DNA of 64,000 bases from Phoronis australis (Eukaryota; Animalia; Phoronida): positions 186,001 through 250,000 of the forward strand of contig NMRA01000210.1 of the NCBI GenBank assembly GCA_002633005.1, given 5' to 3'. Below, piece after piece: positions 47,799 through 59,992 of this stretch. The notes beneath the pieces were generated by a model. That model was not told the origin of the DNA, made no database searches, and worked only from the letters and a program-made list of their open reading frames with translations. The number at the start of each line of letters is the position of its first letter. The stretch's first letter is position 1. Position numbers and translations under genes: made by a program.

Positions 47799-50000
47799 GC
47801 AAGAATTGCTTGTTTTTTACTACTCAAAGGCTGACTAGAGAACAATAAACTTTTCAAAACGAGACACACTTCGACAGAACTCACAAAACTCTGCACACTT
47901 TGGATAATCTCCTTGCCAAAATTAGTTGATAGTCTAGCTGAGCTTTTGTCGCCGTTTAATGTGACACTGTTTGTTTATGAACCTACTTACACGGTAAGTT
48001 ATCGCGATTTCCACAATGTTCATCGAGCAAAACGTGTCTAGATTTTGCTGAGATTTAGCCAGAATCAAAAACGGATCCTAGTAAAAAAGAAATGTGTATT
48101 TAGTTGTGACTTTGTGCGCTGAAATTTTCTCGGATTTTAATGTCATCCAGTTTATTTTGAAAACTACAGTAACACCTTGCCAGTATTATTCGGCAGTTAG
48201 GTAACACTTTTGCCACTAAAATAACATTTCCTTCAAACTTTTGTCGGAGTTTAATGTGACTTTATTGACCGAGCTGCTAATTGTTTATTTATGTTATGAA
48301 CTTTTGCACTAAGTTGTCGCGATCATCTTGACAATGTGGATGGAGCAACACCTGTGGAGATTTCACCAAGATTTTGTCGAGATTTAACCACAATCGAAGA
48401 GCATTCTTGTAAAAAATGAATGGGCATTTTGTTGCAGTTGCATGCACCGAAAGTTTGTCAAATTTTGACTTAATTCAGTTTATTATAAAAACTACTATCA
48501 GTAGACTAAGTATAAACTATCAAAATTTTACCTAATGTTTTAAGGCAAAGGTAGAGTTTTCTTAATATTCATTTTTGTTAAAAAATGTGACAAGTACCTG
48601 TATAACTACACTATTCTATCACGACATGTGTGAAAACAGAAGTAACCAAGTAGACTTACTGTGAACAAATTCACTCTCTGCTTTAGTCGTTACTGTAACC
48701 AAGTTAGCTTGGCTATAGCCGCAGTGTAACTGGGCCTGTTTCCATGTCAACTGAGCAGGATGAAGGAGGTAGCAGTGTCCATTGAACTCTGACCAACCAC
48801 TGGGACAGCCATCTTGAACAATGTGAACTCAATTGTACAGGTGGATATGACATGAAAATTATACAATTTTAGAGAAATTGCAAAAAATCAACAAGANGCA
48901 AGAATTGCTTGTTTTTTATTGACCAAAGGCTGACTACAGAACAATAAACTTTTCAAAATAAACGAGACACACTTGGACAGAACTCAAAAAACTCTGCACA
49001 CTTTGGATAATCTCCTTGCCAAAATTAGTTGATAGTTTAGCTGAGCTTTTGTCGCCGTTTAATGTGACACTGTTTGTTTATGAACCTACTTACACAGTAA
49101 GTTATCGCGATTTCCACAACATTCATCGAGCAAAACGTGTCTAGATTTTGCTGAGATTGAGCCAGAATCAAAAACGGATCCTAGTAAAAAAGAAATGTGT
49201 ATTTAGATGTGACTTTGTGCGCTGAAATTTTCTCGGATTTTAATGTCGTCCAGTTTATTTTGAAACCTACAGTTAACACCTTGCCAGTATTATTCGGCAG
49301 TTGGGTTACACTTTTTCCACTAAAATAATATTTCCTTCAAACTTTTTTTGGAGTTTAATGTGACATTATTGACCTAGCTGCTAATTGTTTATTTATGTTA
49401 TGAACTTTTGCAGTAAGTTGTCGCGATCATCTTGACAATGTAGATGGAGCAACACCTGTGGAGATTTCACCAAGATTTTGTCGAGATTTTACCAGAATCG
49501 AAAAGCATTCTTGTAAAAAATGAATGGGCATTTTGTTGCAGTTGCATGCACCGAAAGTTTGTCAAATTTTGACTTAATTCAGTTTATTATAAAAACTACT
49601 ATCAGTAGACTAAGTATAAACTATCAAAATTTTACCTAATGTTTTAAGGCAAAGGTAGAGTTTTCTTAATATTCATTTTTGTTAAAAAATGTGACAAGTA
49701 CCTGTATAACTACACTATTCTATCACGACATGTGTGAAAACAGAAGTAACCAAGTAGACTTACTGTGAACAAATTCACTCTCTGCTTTAGTCGTTACTGT
49801 AACCAAGTTAGCTTGGCTATAGCCGCAGTGTAACTGGGCCTGTTTCCATGTCAACTGAGCAGGATGAAGGAGGTAGCAGTGTCCATTGAACTCTGACCAA
49901 CCACTGGGACAGCCATCTTGAACAATGTGAACTCAATTGTACAGGTGGATATGACATGAAAATTATACAATTTTAGAGAAATTGCAAAAAATCAACAAGA
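47799..50000. other. Haplotype-overlap duplication across single N (48897)
   Basis: 47799-48896 is repeated at 48898-50000, duplicating exon 4 (second copy at 49764-49916). Confidence 0.8.
48660..48812 (-). CDS. CUB-C-type lectin TM receptor, exon 4 (CTLD N-terminal part)
   Basis: ttgttcaAG acceptor and GTAAGT donor, 153 nt, phase 1-1. Encodes DGCPSGWSEFNGHCYLLHPAQLTWKQAQLHCGYSQANLVTVTTKAESEFVH. Confidence 0.9.
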
Positions 50001-50393
50001 GCGTCAAGATAATCAGCTCTGACTTGCATTATCAGTTTGAATTCTAGTCTTATTTGCCCAATTCCAATAAAAAGACAGACACCTAACATCTATTATCGAA
50101 GTATCATGTATAGCAAATGTGAACACTTTAATTAATACAGTCAAGTCATTTTGAGTTGCATGAGGTTATTCAGGCACATAGCTCACAAAATAATATACCA
50201 GGTAATTCAAAACCAATACTTCTTAAATGTTACTTATGATATGCAGTGATAGACCTGACAGCACCGATGTATTTTGAAATTTGGGAGCATCGTTTTTATG
50301 GCAGAAATAGCACATGAAATTTTTAAGTTTCAGCTTGAATTAAATGACAAAGAACGACTGAAATTAATAAAATCCATCCTAGTCTATACTTAC

Positions 50394-50552
50394 CAAATGC
50401 TCTGTACTCTAACTGTATACCTCTATATTCATAAATATTCTGGTGATTTGTATGGAATGTAACACGCACACCATTTGTTGTGCTGACCACACTGCCTGGA
50501 TTGGTTCTTCCACACCATGCAATTATATTACTGGTCGATGAGTTTGGAAAGA
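50394..50552 (-). CDS. CUB-C-type lectin TM receptor, exon 3 (CUB C-terminal half)
   Basis: tgttccAG acceptor and GTAAGT donor, 159 nt, phase 1-1. Encodes FPNSSTSNIIAWCGRTNPGSVVSTTNGVRVTFHTNHQNIYEYRGIQLEYRAF. Confidence 0.9.
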
Positions 50553-50779
50553 CTGGAACATACAATGTACCATTCAAGGATTAGGCCACCAGTGGGTAGT
50601 ATTTAAATGAACACACTGCACAAAAACCCAGAAAGATAAAAGCACTCACGAGAATGACAGTTGGTAAATCAAATTTGACTGAGAAAGGACAATGATGAAG
50701 ACTTTGATCAGGATGATGATGATGATAATGATGATGAAAATGCTTTCTTCATAGAGTAAATGGTGGACAAACAAAAGTA

Positions 50780-51210
50780 CAACAAAGACCTAGTAGTCAA
50801 AAGTACAGCAAAGACCAAGTCAAAAGTACAGAAAAGACCTGGGGCCCATTCCAAGAAACTGACTTGAGTTCCTTTTTGACTTAAGTTTAAGATTTGTCTT
50901 AACTTCCAATCTTTGAAACTTCCACATCCGGTAAGTTTGTCAAAATTATGACAAAGCTTAATTATGTCAAACACTTAAATTAAGCTTAAGATATCTTCCT
51001 TGAAATGAATTTGAGACAAATTTAACTTTTATTTTAAATTTAGTTAAATTTAAGAATTGTCTTAGCTAAGTTAGTTTTGTTGGAACGGGACCCTAGTCAA
51101 AAGTACAGCAAAGACCAAGTCAAAAGTACATCAAAGACCTAGTCAAAAGCACAGCAAAGACCTAGTCAAAAGTACAAAAAAGACCTAGTCAAAGTACAGC
51201 AAAGACCAAC
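50780..51210. repeat. 23-bp minisatellite (AAAGACCWAGTCAAAAGTACAGC)n interrupted by a Harbinger MITE
   Basis: Units are visible at 50783-50841 and 51093-51210. Confidence 0.85.
50842..51092. mobile_element. Harbinger MITE (251 bp) of the same family as the element at 20908
   Basis: TIRs GGGCCCATTCCAAGAAACT and AGTTTTGTTGGAACGGGACC. 3-bp flanks CTG / CTA. The first ~60 bp match 20908-20970. Confidence 0.85.
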
Positions 51211-52607
51211 TTAGTTAAAAGAAGAACAGTTACCCATAAATCTCAAAAACTGTTCGTGTTAGAAAAAATGATAGACACACTAACTTCTTGCAACGAAAAA
51301 TTTTCATCAAATAAAACCTTCACCAGAACTGCAAACCTGGTTACCACTCTGAAATGCCACACTTAAGTCAATGTGGAAACAAATTTTGAAGCCTGACCTT
51401 TGTAATCTGCAGCAAACAATTCTTAGCTAAACAAAGGCAAAGTGGCTTAGAACAACGATCAACACATGCTCTAACAAAAAACGTAGGATGAATATTAGTT
51501 TTGAGCTTATTGAACTCACTTGGCCTTATCAATCATGTTTGGCTTAACACCCACCTCCTTAATTAGTCCAAAGTTTCACTTTTAATTACCCATGCTCGTT
51601 TACACGATCATCCACTGTCAATTTATGTGCAGTATTTGAGACTTCTGGTTCCTTAAAGCACCGCATCTTTTAATGGTCATTTGAGCTTCCAAAATGTACA
51701 CACCTTGCTTGTTTTTAACTCACTACTAGTACATTGAGTCTGCATAGTGACCCTTTGAGCGAATTGGCGTACAGAGAAGCTGACATCAAAAAAAATAGAC
51801 TCGAAAATAATAAAAATAACCACTAGTTGACGCAGAGCATGTTAAATCCATCTGTAAATGTAAGGGCATCGTCGGCTCTTTAGTAGAATCTTATTGGCCA
51901 CATTTCATGAAAAAGTACATGAACTCCAAAAGTACCGAGGCAGACATCAAAAATTTATTGCTGCTTGGGGCACAGCCAAAGCCACAGCGGTCCGAAACTC
52001 GTCAATTGTCCTCAGCTTTGTAGGAACACATCTGCCAAATTTCACAAAGATCCTGCAAGGTATTAAGGAGATACAGCTGTGGATGCAAAACAAAAACACT
52101 AGAGGAGACCAATGCAGTCAGACCATTCCATAAAGCAACGTCAGATGTAGTCTTCTCATGAGGAACCACTTTGTCAATTCGCGTAATGATTCTTCAAGCA
52201 ATTGGCAGATAGAGAGGCCGATGCCAAAAAGCAGACTGAAGAGTAATCAAATTGGCCAAGGTGGCACAGATACTTCCAACATATCCAAAATGGAAAAACA
52301 CTGTTGTCTCCTCATTACCAATTTGCCACAAATTTCATGAAAATCCATCAAAGAACTATGAAGATAAAATTGGCACTAGGTGGCGCAGTGGCAGTCAAAT
52401 TGATTTGAAACTTGTTGTCTTCCTCGGTCAGTTTTAAGGAACATATCTCACAAATCTAGTTGAGATTCAGTAAAGGATTTAGGAGATACAGCAGCAGAAA
52501 TCAGACACGACAGAGAAGCCGCCCATATGCGACCATATATTATAAGTTTAAGTTGGCGCATAAAGACAGAACATTTTATATCAGTACAAGACATGATACA
52601 GACTCAC

Positions 52608-52856
52608 TATTTTCAATCTTCATGTAGTCATAGCCATCAGTACAGACAGCGACATCTGCAGGAGCCCACTGAATATCTGATAATTTAACCTCTAGCTGAA
52701 CTCGTGTTCCTGTGGGGGCAGAAAGCCGCCAAACGCAATGCCGATTGTTCCCATAATTCAGTTCCCCTGGTAAGTTAGAATTTATCAGTCCAGTCACCGT
52801 CGTATTGATGATGTCAACACTGACCCCACTGCCACCGCAATACACCACACCGCCAA
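52608..52856 (-). CDS. CUB-C-type lectin TM receptor, exon 2 (CUB N-terminal half)
   Basis: ttttccAG acceptor and GTGAGT donor, 249 nt, phase 1-1. Encodes YCGGSG...TGLINSNLPGELNYGNNRHCVWRLSAPTGTRVQLEV...CTDGYDYMKIEN. Confidence 0.92.
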
Positions 52857-54180
52857 CTGGAAAATTCAACATGCCATAGTAAGTTTGCAATGCAGACATA
52901 AAAAATCAAACAGCCTGCCAAGCTTTTTTAAATTCATTTATTTAACCAGAAACCATATTATTAGTGATTAGTGGATATGGCTGGGGTTGGGCGGCAGTTT
53001 CTGTAATGGAATCGGTCTATAGCTCATTGGGTGGCCCCAGCCAAAATAAAGAACAGTTACATCATACAGAACAAATAGTATTTTGAAAATTAATTAACTA
53101 AATAGTGATTGGGCAGATAATTAGCATGAATGTATTATAAAAAGGGGAGAGGGAAGGGGGAGGACTTTCATACACTCATTCACTCTCACATTCACTCGAT
53201 TTAATTAACAGCTCGCCGAGTGAAGTATGATTTAGCATTTTTCACTCGCCTGACTCGGCTCAGAAGTGTGTTAGCAAAACCTAGGTCCAACCATACAAAA
53301 CAATTTCTACCTCCACAAATGAAGAGCATTCATTTCGAGTGTGGTTATTACATGCCCACAATCCTTGCACATCAGTCGTCACTCACATAAGCCGTCATTT
53401 CTATCATGAATATGGAGATCACGAGTTATACGAGACAGCATGTACTAAATGTAAATTTTGTAAGTGGTTCACTAGTGATTGATAGATGGCGATGTAGTCT
53501 GCCATTGTCGAGAGGTGGCGCTTGGTATGTCAGACAATCAAAGAAAGTTGGCAATGCCCAAACGACTACACTGTTGTTAATCATTTTGTTAAATGTGAAA
53601 CATTACATCGTGTTACGTTAGTTTGAACTGTTGAAACAAACGCATTACCAATACAAGCTAATATTTTTATGAATATGCCATTCGATTTATTTGAACTGCG
53701 AAATCAAGCTTAGTAATTAAAATGGCTTGAGCCCAATCATGACTGGGTAATTGCAATGTAATGTGATGAGTCAAGTTTCATGAACATTTTAAAGATAACC
53801 AAAAAATGAAAATGAAACTGATTAAGAGTAAATGGCCTAATTCGATATTTGTTTTACAACCAGCTAAACAGAGCCAAATGCAGCTATATGTTGTAATGCT
53901 TACATTAAATGGACTTGGATGACCATTCTGCTTAGTGATATCTTTTGATCCACATCAGATGAACAGCAAACTTGACGGTGGAAAATCCCTACAGAGGTAG
54001 GTGCAGGTAGACTACATATTGAAGTTTGTGTAATTCAACACAGTCACCACCTCAAAGATTAGCCATAAAACAAGAAAAACAAACCAAATTTTGCATGCAC
54101 ATGAAAGGTGTGAACAAAACAATACTAATTTTAAGATTTACCTAGAAGCTACAAGAGTAATAGCATTCAAGGCAGCTTAC

Positions 54181-54229
54181 CTTCACGAGTGACAGCCCAA
54201 AACAATAATAAGCATGTGCGAAGTGACAT
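54181..54229 (-). CDS. CUB-C-type lectin TM receptor, exon 1 (signal peptide)
   Basis: Acceptor tttttcAG at 54237-54238, ATG at 54229, MSLRTCLLLFWAVTRE, donor GTAAGC, phase 1. All eight exons sum to 1308 nt in one frame (435 aa). Confidence 0.75.
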
Positions 54230-54337
54230 CTAGTGTCTGAAAAAGTACACAAGAAAGATAAAATATAATGATTCAGTCGACCTCTTATCCAAAGTACATC
54301 TATGGTAGAATCTCATAAACTTAATTAGGACATAATA

Positions 54338-55122
54338 AGAGGTGATACTTAAAGTTTCTCATAATCTGAGCACCCATCAACTAAAATTTGATGGATTGGT
54401 TATCTTTCACAGTTCCTTTTCGAAACAGTATCCCTTGGCTCGTATACAATGATCCCTACGTTTCATCCACAAATCCTTGCATTTCTGATACTTTTTGCAC
54501 GTGACCTCCTTCAATAACTTCAGGTCAACTGTCTTAGAATGTCTTGTACACTCGAAACGGTGCCCTAGATTGGGGAATAGAAAAAAACCACAGGGGACCA
54601 GGTCCAGTGAATAAGCCCGTATGGAAAGACCATAGTGTTCCTAGAATCCAAGAACTCCTTGCCCACTCATTTTCCCACTGTTCCAGTAGTTTCAATACTT
54701 CCCATTAACAGTTTGTCCCTGAGTAATTAATTCCTTGTGAACAATGTCCTGCATGTCAAAAATCAACATGGACTCCACGTTGATACAAACTCAGCACGCT
54801 TTCTTCAATCTTGGTGAACCATAGGCAGTTATATCACCCTGAATGCCGCAGGCATACACGGCGATAGCAAATCCTCATAAAAAGTTACTCGCTTCAAAAT
54901 ACAGTGAATAAGATTGAATGAAACATGAAAATATGCACATGGAGTTATAATTAACACACACCATGACTCTGGATGCAATTTAGACAACATAACTTGAACA
55001 TATCCATGCAATCTCTCGTGATTCGCTCGACTTTATCTCGCCGGTGCCATTTTGAGGTAGTTACATGAAATCATGCCTGTTGACATAAAAAATTATTACA
55101 AATTTCACCTGATACCTTCCCA
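54338..55122 (-). mobile_element. Decayed mariner (Tc1/mariner) element
   Basis: Minus strand AYSLDLVPCGFFLFPNL (~54565-54620, the YSPDLAP motif) and C-terminal RRDHCIRAKGYCFEKEL*. TA-flanked degenerate ends. Confidence 0.7.
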
Positions 55123-56329
55123 TATGCTATTGTGCAAGTGTCACGTGCCAGCATCATGCGCTTCACTCAGTCTCGTGCTAGCATTTGCCCAACTCACGAG
55201 ACTCAGTTGAAATATTTTGTGGTAATCCCACGCGCAGTAAAAAAGTTAACGGTGACCAAAAAAGCGGCCTTGAAATTCTTCGCCAAAGTCACCTGAGTTC
55301 TCATAGCTATGCTTCATCGAATATATGTGTAGAAGCAGACAGGATTACTGAAGAAAGTAAGCACTTTTGAAAGTGATAGTTTTAAGTGTAGGATGTATTT
55401 TTGATGAGGTGGTAACTCTTAATCAGTGAATGGATTTCGCCTACCGCCCCCTTTAAATACACAGGACGAAATTAGTACGTGATGGGAAGTATTTTAGCCC
55501 ATAACTGGACAACCGAGGGGCTACATGTTGCCTAGGTGAACCAGGAATCTACTTCATGAAACACGAGTGAAAATTATGCAGTCACACGTACTTTCGAGCA
55601 AACATTTTCACCTGTGTCGAACGCTCTACACACTAAAACTACTACAAGAAATAACCAGACATAATGAAGTTGGAAACATTAGGCCCATGGTGAGTCATGC
55701 GCTTATACTGCCTAAGGAGATGAACCTGCATAAGATGACTGACCAAAAGGGGAAATTGGTTGTTACCGCACACTTGCTAATTTTCTGTTTGACTAAAACG
55801 CTGTTCACAGTTTCAGATGTAGCAGCAGACACATTAGTTGATTTCACCAGATTTTCACTTCAGGTATTTTGTTTATTTTATTTTTGCCTCACGCACTCTA
55901 CCCCCTCNNNNNNNNNNNNNNNNNNNNNNNNNNNNNNNNNNNNNNNNNNNNNNNNNNNNNNNNNNNNNNNNNNNNNNNNNNNNNNNNNNNNNNNNNNNNN
56001 NNNNNNNNNNNNNNNNNNNNNNNNNNNNNNNNNNNNNNNNNNNNNNNNNNNNNNNNNNNNNNNNNACCCCCCCCCCCCCTCCCCTCCCACTGTAAAGGGT
56101 TCCTCGTTTTGCCAATCTTTGCCTTTGATTCCGGGCCAATTTGCTTCTGAAATTTCGCCAGGTCGCATTTGGTGAATTGCCGTATAGCCCGGTCTCCAGT
56201 CCCCTATGGTGAGCCGCCCATGTTGGAAGACTTATTTGTATAAGTTTTGTAACCCTATTGTAGTATTGTAACCAAGCACCATGACAATGAAACCGTTTCG
56301 ATTCAGTCTCAACTTTTAAGTATCATGTA

Positions 56330-56940
56330 CAAGGTGGATGATGCTGTAAGAGCAGACAGGATCATTTTAAATGATCACTCAAGGTACTCCTCCATTTCAT
56401 CCATGCTCGCAACTCTGAAATCGCCAACCCTCCAGGAAAGACGAGCTCAAAGCAAACTGTCCCTTCTGCACAAGACCGTACATAACCTTGTTGCTATTCC
56501 TCACTCATACCTTCCACTCCTACACGTATAGGCTACCTCCAGATCACGTAACTCCCAACTCTCATACCTTTGAAAGATCATACATACACACTGCATACTA
56601 CGCAAACTCTCTCTTTCCATCTATCATTTTACTCTGGAATAGACTGCCACAATTCGTCATCACATCAGAAACAATAGAAATATTCACAGGGCACATTCAT
56701 AAACATCAATGTTACACAGTAATCAATAAAACCTGTTTTAACTTGGCACTAACCATCACTTTGTTTTATCGTTATTTTTCACAGTTACGTACACCATAGA
56801 TGCGTACACCTCAGTTTTATACTAGCAAATGAATATAACATGCGCCAACAAGTAGGATTTTGCCTTTAGAATTACAGCCTAACTTAAGCCAGGCTACGGA
56901 TCGATATCACGATCGTTTATTGTATATGGGAAGAAGAAGA
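56330..56940 (+). mobile_element. Non-LTR retrotransposon 3' fragment (RTE-X-like)
   Basis: YSSISSMLATLKSPTLQERRAQSKLSLLHKTVHNLVAI...YYANSLFPSIILLWNRLP, then a 3' UTR ending in (GAA)n at ~56930-56940. Confidence 0.7.
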
Positions 56941-57299
56941 ATTTACTCAGTGGATGCAACTGCGTTATGTTACCTTCATACGACCACACCTAACTCAGTC
57001 AATGTTCCTCCCCAAAACCTCAAACATAGTAATTCAGCAAGTAACTGGTAAACTCCTGTGTGTCGTTTTGCAATCGAAAATAAAACAGGTAATTCACAAC
57101 CGCCACCTGTTGGTGCTGTATGTGAACTTGGAATCCTGCATCCTGCTACCAAAGACGCTAATAACCTGGAGACGCTAACTACGGTCTCTGCTGCTACCCT
57201 CTGACACAGCGCCACCTAGCACTGTGATAGAGTGCAGCATCCTTACTGACCATATTCTATGTATCTCTCACTTCACTCTATTATAGAGAATTGATATAG

Positions 57300-57720
57300 G
57301 ATATCATGCGTTGCCCTGCCTTGGTGCAAAGCTGTATGCTAAATTATTTCAGAACAAAATACTGTTGCCTTTAATAAGCAAACTTGGAATAATTGTCTAT
57401 TCGTTTTACAAAAAAAAAAAACTAAGTGCAGATTACAATAAACTGTAAACGCAATTCCTGTTCTTGAGACTACTCTTACACATTAGCAATCGTCTTCTTC
57501 ACAATTCCAAATTTAACCAGTACTTAAAACAGTATGGGGGTTTCACATTTTAAATTTTACAATGTATTATATTCATTACGCCACATCTTAAATGTCTATT
57601 GTCATATAGTGTTTGATTTTACTTTATTTCTGTTTCTGTTGACGAAGGATGTCATTATATCCGAAAATTTCAGTTGATCCATTCTTGTTGTTTTATCTAC
57701 ATTTTTTTATTTTACATTTC
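57300..57720 (+). mobile_element. Possible Penelope-like terminal fragment with degenerate hammerhead-like motif
   Basis: TTGACGA-a-GGAT-gtcattat-ATCC-GAAA at 57639-57666, followed by a T-rich tract. Confidence 0.35.
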
Positions 57721-59576
57721 GTGAAACAATAGTATCCTTGAGAGGACGGGGCTCGCCTTATTTAGTTTCAAATTTATTTTCTACGTTATATACAATTTTA
57801 TGAAAAATTTATTACCTTTAACGAGACACTTTCATAGACAAAAATGAAATCCTCGAGTTGGGCCCATTCTTTTCGCTCAGGGGGTCACTGAAAACATGTT
57901 CACCATGATAGTTCAGGCAGTCTCTGGAGATGATGTATGTTACAACGAAAATGGTGGATAGTTTTTATAGATATTTAAAAATAAGAATTTGACTTTGCTT
58001 TAACAATATCTGCATGGACAGGTCTAAGCTTTTTATTTTTCCAACATACTACCAAATTACAATACAACATAAAACATACTGTGTAAAGGTACAAAGGCTA
58101 GCATTCAGTATTTTTCGAATTAAACTACACAATGTCGTAATTTGACAAGACTAATAAACTATTTGTATCTTTTCCACTAGAATTCAATCCAATTCTAGCT
58201 AAATATCAACAAAAACAACTTATTGCGCAAGACCATTCACAGACAAAAAATAAGGACAAGACACAATGTCGACATTCAACTCTGACAAAAGTTCAATTAC
58301 GTAAACTGACAAGTTATTCTGGTAAGAAGTTTATGCAAATTTGGCAGTCTTGGAGACTTCTGTTGAAGTCTGTCAAATTTCTTTCGAAATCTCTTGGTAC
58401 GTGTACCAGTAAAATGCAACATCGCAAAATTCCGACTTGCACAAATATTCTGCTGCAGTAATGAATAATAATTTTTCAATGACAACACTGAGCGAACTAC
58501 ATGGAATGTGTGCTGTGTAATGAATGGTCGTCATTTGAAAAACAATCCATCCCCCGACACACTTATCATAACCTTTGACATATGCAGTACTGTAATAAAT
58601 GCTCAAATGGTGTAAAAATTTTCGATGCTTGCTTTCTGTAAACGAGAGCTACTGCACCCACGACTGCAACGCAATTCCAGTAAAGTGTTTTTGGAATCAT
58701 AAAAATGGTCATTAGATGGTGCGTAATGTGGTAAATCCATCCGAATTGAGAAGGTGGTGTCATATTTTTAAAACACAACTATTTTTCAAATTTCATGAAA
58801 GTATGCTAACGAACTCCTAACATACAGAGGCAAACGTAAAAAATGACATTAGGGGGCACAGCTTTAGTCTGATTTGTATGTAACTCATCGTCATATGTTG
58901 CCATTTCTAAGCCCATTGGCGTATTGTTATGTGGGTCTGAGCAGAGAAAGGCAAAATATTTTAGGCCAGAGAAGTCTAATCCTCTCTATGAGAGCATTCA
59001 AAACCTGTCAACAGAACTCAGTCTCCTGCTTGACGAATGACGAGTCAAGATCTCGTATGCGTAAACTTGGAATACACGAGGAAACTTGACAAGTTCACTC
59101 AAATAATCACGTTGACGTTGATGAAAATTTGCACTGCACTAAATCAAATTACATGTTAATAAAATAAAGTAGATTTCGACCAACCTTTTTTCAACAATTG
59201 GCGATCTTATTTTATTCACCATGAACAATTTATTTACCGCTCACATATTCCTCCAATTGTGACACAAGTTACAATTACGGTAAAGGAGAAAACGGGTGAT
59301 CGTGAGGCCAATAGTGACAAAAATTCTTGCAATGTACAAAAAATTTCAACTGATTGCCCCATGACTCCAAGCTCACGCACAGCAACTGCTACTGGCAAAT
59401 CCTAAGAAAATGCTGTTTCGATGAGTTTCGAGGTAGAATGGTGAAATTTGGATAGTTAAGTACCATGTTCTTGCCCCGGGGTTCAGCCACTATAAACTCG
59501 GGTGGGGTACTCAATTTTCAACTAGATTGAAACCACCCCTAGGGTCCCCGGCGGAACCGCACTCTTTCAAGATTTA

Positions 59577-59992
59577 CTGCTGTGCGTGAACTTGGAATCT
59601 TGCTTAATCTCAAGATCGCGTATGCGTGAACGTGGAATACATGAGAAAACTTGACAAGTTCACTGAAATAATCACGTTCACGTAGAAAAAATTGCACTGC
59701 ACTAAACCAAATTATATGTAAATAAAATAACGTAAAATTCAACTAATCTTTTTTCAGCTATTGGCGATCTTATTCACCAAACAATAATTGTTTTAACCAA
59801 TCCCAAATTCCTCCGATTCTTTTGACACAAGTTTCGGTAAAGGAGAAAATGAGTGTTTATAAGGCCAATAACTACAAAAACTCTTTACACTGAACAAAAA
59901 ATTTCACCTGATTGCCCAATTGTGTATTCAATTCCAAGTTCACGCATACGCGATCTTGAGATTAAGCAGGATTTCAAGTTCACGCACAGCAG
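59577..59992. mobile_element. TA-flanked MITE (416 bp, ~60-bp TIRs), Tc1/mariner-like; older diverged copy at ~59025-59386
   Basis: TA-CTGCTGTGCGTGAACTTGGAATCTTGCTTAATCTCAAGATCGCGTATGCGTGAAC and its reverse complement ending CACGCACAGCAG-TA. A short terminal fragment also occurs at ~57113-57140. Confidence 0.85.

Noticed and set aside
50780-51210. CRISPR-like array
   Set aside because: The 23-bp units are contiguous with no unique spacers, there are no cas genes, and the context is a eukaryotic intron. It is a minisatellite.
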